49,128 nucleotides of DNA from Treponema sp. GTDB taxonomy: Bacteria > Spirochaetota > Spirochaetia > Treponematales > Treponemataceae. Both the position numbers and the translations under genes were made by a program. A model generated the notes under the pieces. It had not been told where the DNA came from. It was given only the letters and a program-made list of their open reading frames with translations, and did not search any database. The stretch is from assembly GCA_045643485.1 (NCBI GenBank), contig JAZUKU010000178.1, forward strand, positions 1 to 49,128, written 5' to 3'. This document shows, piece by piece, positions 27,661-37,528 of this stretch (position 1 is its first letter; each line of letters begins with the position of its first letter).

Positions 27661-29706
27661 TTATTTACCTGCACTCTTTGCAGCAATGGCTTTTTTGATT
27701 GCTGCAGCAAACAGTTGATTCTGGTCTTCCCTTACCGGAACTGAGAACTGCGGTCCGCCGTCTGCTTCAGAAATTCTGTAGATTATATTTGAGTCTGATG
27801 AGTAAGCAGGACTCTGTTTATTGTTAATCCACCAGTCAAGAACTGCAACAATACAAAGCGTATACTTTAAAAGGTTAGCGTTTGTAGCATTACCGTTTGG
27901 TCTTTTTGCTCCAAGAAGAACATCAAGTCTTTTCGAAATAACATTTGGTATTTCAAAACTATATGCTTCCCAAGGATTTGTTATGCCAAGAACAGGTGAT
28001 TTTGAAGCAGAATTTTCATCAATGCGTTTTGCAAGAAGAGAGAATAATTCGCGAAGATAATCTGTTCTGTGCCACAAAGGTTTATGCTTGTTGTCGTTAA
28101 CAGGTTTTTCAAGAAGAATCTGTGTAAATTCAAAGAACGGCAGGAAGTAGTATTTTGTCTGCCAGAGCATATTTGAAACAGATTCCTTTCCGTATTGTGA
28201 TTTAGCAAAATCGCTTTGTGTGTATACGGAATTTACGAATGACTTTAAGTAATCGCAGTATTTTCTGTTGAAATATTCTTCGCGGTAATCAACCCATTCG
28301 TTCATTATGTTTTCAAGATTGTCTGTGTAAGCAGCAATTTTTTCGTCACCGCTGATGTTGAATTTGATTTTCTGGCAGCCCTGGAACAAGTCTTCAATAA
28401 TCCTGAGAAGAACAATTGTTACCTGAATGCCGTTCTGTGGGCTAAGGAGATTGAATCCATCCGGGAAATTATAGAGAGGCTGGAAGTAAGGGTACATGTC
28501 AGGATGATCTTCAAGATGATTGAATCCTGCTTCAGGGAACATTTTGTCCAGAAGCTTAAGGCCTGTGTTAACAAGCTCGTCTTTCTTGCCTGGAACGTGT
28601 CTGTTTTCTTCTTCTTTTTTAGCCTGTTCTTCTTTTTCAGCTTTAATCTGTTCTTCTGTCTTTTTCTTTTTGCCAGGAAGAAGCAGATCGAATTTTGTAA
28701 GACGTACAAATCCAAGAATGATTGAAATCTGCGAAGTAAAGAACTGAGGGAACGGTTCGAAAACAGGTGAACACATACGCATAAGAAGCGGATACATTCC
28801 CTTCATAATCTGATTGTAAACGTAAAGCCATTCAGTAATTGCTTCTTTTGCAAGCCCCTGAAGTTTAGCCTTGTCTGCATCCGGATATTTTAAAAGGTCA
28901 GCATAAACTTCCTTGATCATAGCCGGAACCTGCTGTTCACCAATGTAGTAAACTGTAAGCAGCATATTGTACATTGTGCGTACAAAAGGAATAAGCATTG
29001 AAACGGTAAGCTCATCAGTCTTGTTTTCAAGATCAAGTGCTATTGTCTTTAAATCTTTTGTTGTCCAGCGGCCTACTGTCCTTAAGAATTTAAACTTTAA
29101 GTCAGGGTCTGCTGCAATTTTGCTTTTATATGTATCCGGTGAAATCTGAATGAATGTCTTGATTGTACCAATAAATGTCTGCATGTGCTCAAGATGCTTT
29201 TTTATTGTATATTCACCGAATTCCTTTGTTACCTTTTCGCGTGACTTTGGGGAAAAAGACAAAAGGAAATTAAGGAGGCCATAGTTAGGCTTTATTGCGT
29301 ATTCATTGGAACGCATAAGTTTGTCCATAGCCTTTAAGTCTTTAGAGGTCAGAGCTGGTAATTCTTCTTCCGTTTTAATTCTCCTCCCAGAATTATTTGC
29401 TATCTGGTTTACATTTGCTGATTGTGTAAAATTATTAGAAGTTGCAGAAAGACTTGCACTTTTTGCTGCTATGTCTGCAGAAGAAAGACCTGTTGCCTTT
29501 GCCCTGCTTACAACAACTTTTTTCTGTTTAGGAAGTGAATCGTAATTGATTGGAGCAGAACGTTCAGGTAAAACTTCGCCGCCTAAAATGTCTGCCATAC
29601 GGTGTGCTTCTATAGCATCTACAGGACCAATGGCTTTTCTTGTCTTATCAAGTGTGCCTGGCGCAAAAGAACGAGCCGGTTTGCCTTCTGATTCATCGTC
29701 TGCCAT
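27661..29706 (-). CDS. Hypothetical protein (681 aa, largely helical)
   Basis: Long ORF with AGGAGG RBS; no motif recognised. Confidence 0.8.
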   Translation of the reverse strand: MADDESEGKPARSFAPGTLDKTRKAIGPVDAIEAHRMADILGGEVLPERSAPINYDSLPKQKKVVVSRAKATGLSSADIAAKSASLSATSNNFTQSANVNQIANNSGRRIKTEEELPALTSKDLKAMDKLMRSNEYAIKPNYGLLNFLLSFSPKSREKVTKEFGEYTIKKHLEHMQTFIGTIKTFIQISPDTYKSKIAADPDLKFKFLRTVGRWTTKDLKTIALDLENKTDELTVSMLIPFVRTMYNMLLTVYYIGEQQVPAMIKEVYADLLKYPDADKAKLQGLAKEAITEWLYVYNQIMKGMYPLLMRMCSPVFEPFPQFFTSQISIILGFVRLTKFDLLLPGKKKKTEEQIKAEKEEQAKKEEENRHVPGKKDELVNTGLKLLDKMFPEAGFNHLEDHPDMYPYFQPLYNFPDGFNLLSPQNGIQVTIVLLRIIEDLFQGCQKIKFNISGDEKIAAYTDNLENIMNEWVDYREEYFNRKYCDYLKSFVNSVYTQSDFAKSQYGKESVSNMLWQTKYYFLPFFEFTQILLEKPVNDNKHKPLWHRTDYLRELFSLLAKRIDENSASKSPVLGITNPWEAYSFEIPNVISKRLDVLLGAKRPNGNATNANLLKYTLCIVAVLDWWINNKQSPAYSSDSNIIYRISEADGGPQFSVPVREDQNQLFAAAIKKAIAAKSAGK

Positions 29707-29719
29707 TAGTGCCTCCTTT

Positions 29720-30790
29720 TTATAATCGTAACAAAAACTTTTTTGCTAAGCCGGAAAATCCGTGCAGTACAATCTTTTCTCCTGAAGGTGTAAGTAAAAC
29801 TCCTTCAAAGCTACCATATATTGTACGATATTGTGTGCGAAGAATAAAGATACTGTGCTTATGCATGTTTTCTGCGGCCGGGGTAAACGAAAGGTCTACC
29901 ATGTTTTCAGTATCCTGAATATTCCACTTGTTCATTGTACCAGAATTATGGGTTATTGTAACTGGAGGAAGTGGAATTGTCTGTCCGTCGTAGAACAAAA
30001 CGTTTGTATTGTAATTATCGCAGTCGTTTGCTTCCTGAGATGAAACGTTAAGGAAAAATACTACAGGCTTACCTTTTACTTCACCAAGACCTGTAAGCTG
30101 TTCGCCGTGAGTCCTGTAGCGTGAATAAATGCGGTTCATGTCAAACAGTGCAATTCCGTCTGACTGTGATGTAAGCTTCTGAGCTTCATTCTTTTTCTTA
30201 ATCGAAATGGAACCCTGCAGCGTATGAGCAGAAAGATAATATGCTGAACAGCGCCTCATTGTTGGGGCAGGGCATACAGCAGAATATTCAAGTGAATTGT
30301 TTTCGTTAAAGTGCGAAGAAAGTGCTGCGTTTGCCTTTGGCCTTACTGAATCGCCCTTAAGCTTGAACACAACAGAAAGCTTGTTGTGAATTCTGTCCCA
30401 GCTGATTTTTATGTAGCGCCATTTTCTGAAACTTATTACTGCTGACGGCTTTTCAAGATTATTTGGAATAAGACGGAATCTTGGACCCATTACTGAACGG
30501 TAAGCAAATTTCTGTTTAGTGCCTGTATTCCAGAAACATACTTCTGCAAAAGTAAAAATTTTTGCGTCAAAAAAATCTATTGTTCCAAGATATGGTCCTA
30601 AGTTAAAGAAAAACGAAAGGCGGCTCTTTATGCGGAGATTCGTTATGAATGTTGGTAACGGAAAAATACCGACCGGTCTGTAAACATTGCGGATATCCAG
30701 ACTGGCAGGATGTCTGTTGTAATTGCCAAAGACTGGTTTTCCTTTTTTTACGAGAGATGCTGGCGGTTCCGTTAATTTTCGAGTGTACAA
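29720..30790 (-). CDS. DUF2804-like protein
   Basis: Basic, beta-rich 356 aa; C-terminal NVLFYDG...W.I...VDLSFTP...YGSFEG pattern; GTG start. Confidence 0.6.
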   Translation of the reverse strand: MYTRKLTEPPASLVKKGKPVFGNYNRHPASLDIRNVYRPVGIFPLPTFITNLRIKSRLSFFFNLGPYLGTIDFFDAKIFTFAEVCFWNTGTKQKFAYRSVMGPRFRLIPNNLEKPSAVISFRKWRYIKISWDRIHNKLSVVFKLKGDSVRPKANAALSSHFNENNSLEYSAVCPAPTMRRCSAYYLSAHTLQGSISIKKKNEAQKLTSQSDGIALFDMNRIYSRYRTHGEQLTGLGEVKGKPVVFFLNVSSQEANDCDNYNTNVLFYDGQTIPLPPVTITHNSGTMNKWNIQDTENMVDLSFTPAAENMHKHSIFILRTQYRTIYGSFEGVLLTPSGEKIVLHGFSGLAKKFLLRL

Positions 30791-30905
30791 AATGCCTCCG
30801 GTAAACTCATTCCCTAATAGAAATTATATAGTAAACAATTTTCTTGTGCAAACAGATATTGTGTTTTAAAATATATATAGAAACAAAAGGAAGGAGGAAG
30901 AGTGT

Positions 30906-32480
30906 ATGTCAGTAAATTGCTATTCATTGGGTGCGGCTCAGGAAGTTACGGGCAGTAAGCATATCTTTGAGATTGACGGCAGGTGTTTCCTTGTTGACTG
31001 CGGCGCTTTTCAGGGAAAACGTGCTGAAGCTGATGCTAAAAACAGAAAATTTGAACTGGCTGCAGATAAAATTGAAAGCGTTCTTCTTACACATGCGCAT
31101 TATGACCACTGCGGACTTTTGCCTGTTCTTGTAAAAAACGGCTATGACGGTAACATCTACGCAACACCGGCAACACGCGATCTTGCAAATATTGTAATGA
31201 TGGACAGTGCACGCATTCAGGCTCGTGATGCTGAATTCCTTTTGAAAAGGGCAAAATCTAAGGGCGAAAAATTTACGTGGAAGCCTTTGTTTGATGAAGG
31301 AGACTGTACCAAGGCTGCCAATCAGATTGTTTCCTTAAGCTATAACCGCAAAATGTATATTGCTCCGGACGTTCAGCTGGAATATTTTGACGCGGGGCAT
31401 ATTCTGGGAAGTGCACTTGCTTCAATAACAATTACCGGTCAGCGCAATTCTTCTTCTGACAAAAAAATAAAGATTCCTTCTGCAGTTGAATTCTGGCACA
31501 GGCTGTTCAGCAAAAGAGATGCAAACGCTGCTAAGGCTGGCGGTTCGCAGAACGGTAACGGTTCGGCAAACAATGGCGCTTCGGCTAACGGCGGCGGTTC
31601 TGCAGATGACGAAATACGCATTCTGTATACGGGAGATTTGGGACGCATTGGCAAACCAATTATCCGTGACCCGGCTGTAAATTTCCCGGCTCCTGACTAT
31701 ATCTTTTTGGAAAGCACTTACGGTAACCGCCTGCACGAAGACCAGCAGATGGCAATGAAAGACTTGATCCGTATCGTTAGGCGCATTGTTGACCGCAAGG
31801 GTAAGCTTATAATTCCGTCTTTTGCAATAGAGCGTGCACAGGAACTTGTTTACTTTCTGCATCTTTTACAGGATCAGAAAAAGCTTCCTAAGATTCCGAT
31901 TTACGTTGACAGTCCAATGGCTACGAATGCAACTGGTATTTTTCAGCTTCATCCTGAATGTTATGACGATGAAACACACGAAGCATTCCTTAAGCACCAC
32001 AAGAATCCGTTTGGTTTTGGTCAGCTTTCGTTTACTTCGAGCGTAGATGAATCAAAAGAGCTTAACAACAAGAAAGGTCCTATGATTATCATAAGCGCAG
32101 ACGGTATGTGTGAAGCAGGACGCGTTCTTTATCATCTTGCAAACAACATAAGTAATCCGGCAAACACAATTCTTCTTGTAGGCTACATGGCAGAAGATAC
32201 GCTTGGCCGCAAACTTATGGACGGTGAAAAAGAAGTTAAGATTCTTGGCGACTATTACAAAGTAGAAGCTATGGTTGAAACAATAGGCGCATTCAGTGCA
32301 CATGCAGACTATCAGGAAACTGTTGACTGGCTTGAACGGATTGATACTTCGCGGCTCAAGAAAATATTCCTTGTGCACGGTGAAAAAGATGCGCAGGAAT
32401 TCTTGCAGAAACATCTTGTTGAAAACGGTTACCCGAATGTTGAAATCGTTAAGTATGGGGAAACGTACGAGCTGACTTAA
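30906..32480 (+). CDS. MBL-fold beta-CASP ribonuclease
   Basis: GAAQEVTGS, DCG, THAHYDHCG, AGHILGS, GDLG, ESTYG, FSAHAD and VHGE motifs. Confidence 0.92.
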   Translation: MSVNCYSLGAAQEVTGSKHIFEIDGRCFLVDCGAFQGKRAEADAKNRKFELAADKIESVLLTHAHYDHCGLLPVLVKNGYDGNIYATPATRDLANIVMMDSARIQARDAEFLLKRAKSKGEKFTWKPLFDEGDCTKAANQIVSLSYNRKMYIAPDVQLEYFDAGHILGSALASITITGQRNSSSDKKIKIPSAVEFWHRLFSKRDANAAKAGGSQNGNGSANNGASANGGGSADDEIRILYTGDLGRIGKPIIRDPAVNFPAPDYIFLESTYGNRLHEDQQMAMKDLIRIVRRIVDRKGKLIIPSFAIERAQELVYFLHLLQDQKKLPKIPIYVDSPMATNATGIFQLHPECYDDETHEAFLKHHKNPFGFGQLSFTSSVDESKELNNKKGPMIIISADGMCEAGRVLYHLANNISNPANTILLVGYMAEDTLGRKLMDGEKEVKILGDYYKVEAMVETIGAFSAHADYQETVDWLERIDTSRLKKIFLVHGEKDAQEFLQKHLVENGYPNVEIVKYGETYELT

Positions 32481-32497
32481 GCTGTTTTTGTGCGGAC

Positions 32498-32553
32498 AAA
32501 AAAATACCGGCAAACTGTTGTTGATTTTGTTAACAGCAGTCGTGCCGGTTTTT
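32498..32553. terminator. Bidirectional terminator
   Basis: A run, then ACCGGCA...CTGTTGTT/AACAGCAG...TGCCGGT, then a T run, between convergent genes. Confidence 0.65.
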
Positions 32554-32571
32554 TATTTATTAAGAAATAAT

Positions 32572-34329
32572 TTATTTCTTGTAGATGCGCTTTACTTTTT
32601 TAGTTGTTGTCATTTCGAGAGGCTTGTCGAGGATAACAACGTGAGTAATTCTCTGGTAAGGAAGAAGAGTGTGGTTTACCTTGTCGATGTAAACGTTAAT
32701 TTCTTCAAGAACATCAGAGTCGCTCATTTTGTCTGTGCGGCTTATCTTGAGGCGGTTGTACAAAGCATCTGACGGATAAATCAAAGCTTCAATTCCTTCT
32801 GACTTTGTTGCTTCGTCTTCAATGTAGCCCTGAACTGTAATCTGTTCAATTTCGTCGTAAAGCTGGAATGCGTTTTCAATTTCTTCAGGGAATACGTTTT
32901 TACCGCCTGAAGTTACAATCATGTTCTTTGCACGACCGCTTAAGATTACGTAACCCTGCTTGTCTACCCAGCCAAGGTCTCCTGTTCTGAACCAGCCGTC
33001 TTCTGTCATTACTTTTGCTGTTTCTTCCGGTCTGTTGTAGTAGCCCTGCATTACACAGTCACTCTTTGTAAGAATTTCACCAACGCCGTTTTCGTCAGGA
33101 TTGTCAATCTTAACTTCAATGCCCTTGTATCTTGGAGAACCTTTGAGCGGAATGCCGACAGATTCAATCTTGAATGCGTAAACAGGATTAAGTGTGATGA
33201 TTGGAGAAGTTTCCGTCAAACCGTAGCCCTGAACAAAGTCGATGCCAAGTTCGTTGTAGATTTTGAATACGCTTGGAGCAAGTGGACCGCCGCCGCAGAT
33301 AGCAATACGGAGTGTGTAAATGTTTGCCTGCTTGAGGACAGCCTTGAACATTGTCTTTCCTGGATTAACTTTAAATACCTTCTTGATGATGTAAGAAAGT
33401 GCAAGAAGGAATCTTATTACACCGTAAACAACTGGGCCTTTTGCCTTAATGCCTTTCATGATGCCTGCAAGAAGCTTGTTGAACAGCAGCGGTACGCCTA
33501 AGAGCATTGTGATGTGTCCTTCGCGCAGTTCCTTCATGAGACGGCTTACTGCCATGCTCTTACCGAATACAAGTTCAGCACCAACAGAAATTGCTTCGAT
33601 GAAAACAGCGAGCATTGTGTATGCGTGATGAATCGGGAGAAGTGCATAGAAAACATCATGTTCGTAAATGTTCATGTTTGTCTGTGCAAGATAACAGTCT
33701 GCTACAAGATTCTTGTGGCTTAACATTACGCCTTTTGGATTTCCTGTTGTGCCGCTTGTAAACAGAATTGCTGCGGTGTCATTTTCTGTTGCAGGAACAA
33801 TTTCTGCTTTTGTTTCAGCGCTTAAGTTGTATGCATAAAGTTCAGGATGCTTTGGGCTTAATGAATATGTTTTGAAAGAGAAACTGCCTGTTGAAAAGTG
33901 TTCGAATTTTTCTTCATCAACAAAGAAGAAATTTGGCTGGGCTGTATTAAGAAGATTTTCCAGTTCTGCATCATGAAGTGCGTAATCCATAGGACAGATT
34001 ATTGCACCTGCATAAAGTGCTGCTAAATAAACTACTGCCCATTCAGGAGAGTTTTTACCGCTTACTGCAACACGGTCTCCTTTCTTTACGCCGTTAACAG
34101 CCATCCAGTTTGCAAGAGTTGTAATTTTATTGAGTGCCGTTGTGTAATCATATGAATTGCGTGCACCGCCCGGGCCTTCAAAGTCTGTAAAGCAGGCATT
34201 GTTCGGAAATCTTTTTACTGTAATGTTGAACATTTCCGGTAATGTTGGCCATTCACCGTTAAAGTCTTTACCGCGGTATTCTTCAAGGAATGCTGTTGGG
34301 TCAAATATTTTCATGTTGATTGCTGGCAT
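32572..34329 (-). CDS. Long-chain fatty acid--CoA ligase (AMP-binding)
   Basis: FTSGTTGNPKGVMLSH, QGYGLTETSP, GWFRTGDLG, GRAKN and TTTKKVKR motifs. Confidence 0.92.
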   Translation of the reverse strand: MPAINMKIFDPTAFLEEYRGKDFNGEWPTLPEMFNITVKRFPNNACFTDFEGPGGARNSYDYTTALNKITTLANWMAVNGVKKGDRVAVSGKNSPEWAVVYLAALYAGAIICPMDYALHDAELENLLNTAQPNFFFVDEEKFEHFSTGSFSFKTYSLSPKHPELYAYNLSAETKAEIVPATENDTAAILFTSGTTGNPKGVMLSHKNLVADCYLAQTNMNIYEHDVFYALLPIHHAYTMLAVFIEAISVGAELVFGKSMAVSRLMKELREGHITMLLGVPLLFNKLLAGIMKGIKAKGPVVYGVIRFLLALSYIIKKVFKVNPGKTMFKAVLKQANIYTLRIAICGGGPLAPSVFKIYNELGIDFVQGYGLTETSPIITLNPVYAFKIESVGIPLKGSPRYKGIEVKIDNPDENGVGEILTKSDCVMQGYYNRPEETAKVMTEDGWFRTGDLGWVDKQGYVILSGRAKNMIVTSGGKNVFPEEIENAFQLYDEIEQITVQGYIEDEATKSEGIEALIYPSDALYNRLKISRTDKMSDSDVLEEINVYIDKVNHTLLPYQRITHVVILDKPLEMTTTKKVKRIYKK

Positions 34330-34429
34330 ATTTTTCCTCTTTTTAAAATCTGAATTCTGTTGTGAAAAAGTATGTCATAATTTAGACAAAAAGTCAAATA
34401 ATGTCAGAATAGAAATGAAAAATTTGCAA

Positions 34430-35296
34430 TCATTTTCTGAGCTGGTCGATTAAGTACGGAAATGCTGATTCAAAGTCAACGCCGTACCAGTTGTAGTCTT
34501 GGTGGCTCAATGTTGCGCGGATTGATTCTACAACGTAATCTGCTGACAGTTTGTATGATTCTTCAAGTGAAAGGCCCCTCATTAACGCACCAGTAAGCAC
34601 GCTTGCAAAAATGTCGCCTGTTCCGTGGAAGCTTTTTGGCATTTTTTCGTGGAAATACCATTTTACTTCGTCTGTCTGTGCATCGTATGAAGCAATGCCG
34701 ATTTTTCCGGTAACGTCCTGACCGTCAATCTTGTCGCCTAAGTTGAATTCGATGCCTTTAAGTACGATTTTCTTTGCGCCAAGAGCTGCAAGTTCCTTGA
34801 GCATTTTAATTACGTAGTCTGGAGAATAGCCTGAAGCAACGTACTGTTTGCCGAGCATAAAGCTGGCTTCAGTTAAGTTTGGAACAATTACGTCTGCCTT
34901 ACCGCAGAGTTTAGCCATTGCAAATGCAAATTCCTGTGTGAATCCTGGGTAAAGGTTTCCGTTGTCAGCCATGCATGGGTCTACGATGGCAAGTGTTCCG
35001 TTACCGCCAAAGTCTTCGATAAGCTTGTGCATTAAGTCGAGCTGCTCGAATGAACCAAGGTAGCCTGTGTATATTGCGTCAAAGTGGATCTTTTCGTTTT
35101 TCCAGTGGTCACAGATTGGCTTAATGTCTGAAGTTAAGTCGCGGAAAGTAAAGCCTTTGAATGCAGTGTGTGTTGAAAGAACTGCTGTCGGTAATACGCA
35201 TGCTTCTACTCCCATTGCCGAAATTATTGGAAGCGCAACTGTAAGCGAACATTTGCCAACGCATGAAATGTCCTGTACTGTAATGATTCTTTTCAT
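34430..35296 (-). CDS. pdxK: Pyridoxal/pyridoxamine kinase
   Basis: QDISCVGKCSL, LSTHT, TGYLG, VDPCMADNG, PNLTEA and GTGD motifs. Confidence 0.85.
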   Translation of the reverse strand: MKRIITVQDISCVGKCSLTVALPIISAMGVEACVLPTAVLSTHTAFKGFTFRDLTSDIKPICDHWKNEKIHFDAIYTGYLGSFEQLDLMHKLIEDFGGNGTLAIVDPCMADNGNLYPGFTQEFAFAMAKLCGKADVIVPNLTEASFMLGKQYVASGYSPDYVIKMLKELAALGAKKIVLKGIEFNLGDKIDGQDVTGKIGIASYDAQTDEVKWYFHEKMPKSFHGTGDIFASVLTGALMRGLSLEESYKLSADYVVESIRATLSHQDYNWYGVDFESAFPYLIDQLRK

Positions 35297-35429
35297 AATT
35301 GTGTACCTCTTGGGGAAAAAGATTTACAGCATTTGTTGTAGAATAAATTCAAACTTTGTGCAATATTTCTGCGGATTTTTTTTAATGATGGATATTTTAT
35401 CTTTTAGACTTATATAGTATATTATTTGT

Positions 35430-35762
35430 ATGGATGAACTGGATATTCAGCATATTAAGAAACTCTGTGAAGAAAAACGCATCCAATGGACAAATCATAT
35501 TCTGGTAAGGCTTTTACAGAGAGATATACTTCAGGAAGATGTTGAAAATGCAATTAAAACCGGAGAAATTATTGAATATTATCCGGATGATTATCCGAAT
35601 CCAAGCTGTTTGATTTTAGGAACAACAGTTTCTGGAAAACAGTTACATATTGTATGTGGAATATGTGATGATGTTCTCTGGATGATAACTGCATATTACC
35701 CGGATTCAACTATATGGAAAGAAGATTATAAAACTAGAATAGAAGGAGGAACAAAAGAATGA
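35430..35762 (+). CDS. DUF4258 family protein (RelE-like toxin candidate)
   Basis: H...RL.QR.I..EDV..AI..GEIIE.YPDD...PSCLILG...LHIVC...ITAYYPD...W pattern. Confidence 0.8.
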   Translation: MDELDIQHIKKLCEEKRIQWTNHILVRLLQRDILQEDVENAIKTGEIIEYYPDDYPNPSCLILGTTVSGKQLHIVCGICDDVLWMITAYYPDSTIWKEDYKTRIEGGTKE

Positions 35763-35986
35763 CATGTTTTATGTGCAAAGGAAATTTGGTTGCAGGAACA
35801 ACAACTTTCATGTGTGATATGGGAACATGTATTATCATTATAAAAAATGTTCCTTGCAATAAATGTACTCAATGTGGTGAGATTTCGTATTCAGATGAAG
35901 TCTCAAAAAAAATTCAGAAGATTATTTTTGATTTGAAAAAAAATGTGACAGATATTGCTGTTACGGATTATCAACAGGCTGCATAA
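35759..35986 (+). CDS. YgiT/MqsA-type zinc-finger protein (antitoxin candidate)
   Basis: MTCFMCKG...IIKNVPCNKCTQCGE; ATGA overlap with the upstream gene. Confidence 0.8.
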   Translation: MTCFMCKGNLVAGTTTFMCDMGTCIIIIKNVPCNKCTQCGEISYSDEVSKKIQKIIFDLKKNVTDIAVTDYQQAA

Positions 35987-36768
35987 TGATAATTGATTTT
36001 CACGCACATATATACCCTGAAAAAATTGCTGCAAAAGCTTCAAAGGCAATTGGTGACTTTTACAATACTACAATGGACCACGTAGGAAGCAGCGAAGGAC
36101 TTATTGAAAGCGGTAAAAAAATTGGTGTTACAAAATACGTAGTCCATTCAGCTGCAACAACAGAAAAACAGGTTGAATCAATAAATGACTTTATAATAAG
36201 CGAAACACAAAAGCACAGCGAATTCATTGGCTTTGGAACAATGCATCCTGATTACGCAAATTTTGAAGAAGAATTAAAGCGCATTAACAAAGCTGGCCTT
36301 AAGGGAATTAAGCTTCACCCTGATTTCCAGAAGTTTGAAATTGACAGCACAAAGATGGACGGTATTTACGAAGTTCTTGCCGAATTGAAAATGCCCGTAC
36401 TGTTTCATGCAGGAGACGCAAGATTCAGTTACAGCGGACCGGAACGCATTGCAAATGTAATGGAAAAGTTTCCAAAGCTGCTGATTGTTGCGGCACACTT
36501 TGGCGGTTACACTGAATGGGAAAAGGCAACGGAATATCTTGTTGGCAAAAACGTTTACTTTGACACTTCAAGTACGCTGTGGAAGCTTCCTGTTGAAAAG
36601 GCAAATGAAATGATGAAGAAACACGGTATAGAAAAAATGCTGTTCGGCTCAGATTATCCTATGTGGGACCACGAAGGTGAACTTGCCCGCTTTAACAGAC
36701 TTGACTTGTCTGCAGAAGAACGTGAGCTTGTAATGTGTGGAAATGCAAAAAATCTTCTGGGACTTTAA
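35986..36768 (+). CDS. Amidohydrolase family (amidohydro_2) protein
   Basis: IDFHAH, GIKLHP, FHAG, AHFGG, DTS and FGSDYP motifs. Confidence 0.9.
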   Translation: MIIDFHAHIYPEKIAAKASKAIGDFYNTTMDHVGSSEGLIESGKKIGVTKYVVHSAATTEKQVESINDFIISETQKHSEFIGFGTMHPDYANFEEELKRINKAGLKGIKLHPDFQKFEIDSTKMDGIYEVLAELKMPVLFHAGDARFSYSGPERIANVMEKFPKLLIVAAHFGGYTEWEKATEYLVGKNVYFDTSSTLWKLPVEKANEMMKKHGIEKMLFGSDYPMWDHEGELARFNRLDLSAEERELVMCGNAKNLLGL

Positions 36769-36789
36769 CAGTAAGCTGTGGAGGAAATT

Positions 36790-37491
36790 ATGGAAGAAGA
36801 TCTTGCAAAACATTTTGACAGTGACGTAAAGAGATTTACCAATCTTGCAACAGGTCAGGCTTCTTTTGTTGACTCAACTGTAATTCTTGAAGAATTTGCC
36901 TTTACAGCAAAAACATTAAAACCTGAAGCAAAGACATTACTTGATATTGGAACAGGCGGCGGTAACCAGACGCTCAATCTGCTGAATGTTTTGCCACAGC
37001 TTGAATGTACTGCAATTGACGTAAGCCCAAAGATGCTTGAAGCTGCTCGCGAAAGAATAGGACAGGTTTGCAAAAGCGTAAATGTAATTGAAGGCGACGT
37101 AAGAAACGTTTGTTTACAGAGCGGAAAATATGATCTTGTTACTGCAAGCGCAGTGCTTCATCATTTGCGTGGAACAGACGAATGGCTTGATGTTTACGCA
37201 AAGATTTTTGATGCAATGGCTCCAGGCGGTTTGCTTTTGATTTCAGACTTTATCTGTTACGACAACAGCGATATTCAGAAAGGGCAGATGGAACGGTATA
37301 AGAATTTCCTTTACGAAAAACTAGGAGACGCTGAAGCAGAAAGAATTCTGAAAAGCATTGCTGAAACAGATACACCACGTTCTATGGAATGGCAGCTTGA
37401 AATAATGCAGAAGGCCGGTTTCGCAAACATAACTGTTCTTCACAAGAATATGCTTTTTGGCGCATGGTACGCAGTTAAGCCGGCACTTTAA
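36790..37491 (+). CDS. Class I SAM-dependent methyltransferase
   Basis: LDIGTGGG, DVSPKML, VLHHL and PGG motifs; ATG follows GGAGG. Confidence 0.88.
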   Translation: MEEDLAKHFDSDVKRFTNLATGQASFVDSTVILEEFAFTAKTLKPEAKTLLDIGTGGGNQTLNLLNVLPQLECTAIDVSPKMLEAARERIGQVCKSVNVIEGDVRNVCLQSGKYDLVTASAVLHHLRGTDEWLDVYAKIFDAMAPGGLLLISDFICYDNSDIQKGQMERYKNFLYEKLGDAEAERILKSIAETDTPRSMEWQLEIMQKAGFANITVLHKNMLFGAWYAVKPAL

Positions 37492-37528
37492 TTGTTTGCG
37501 GAAAAAAAACTGTTCAGAAATAATTTTA

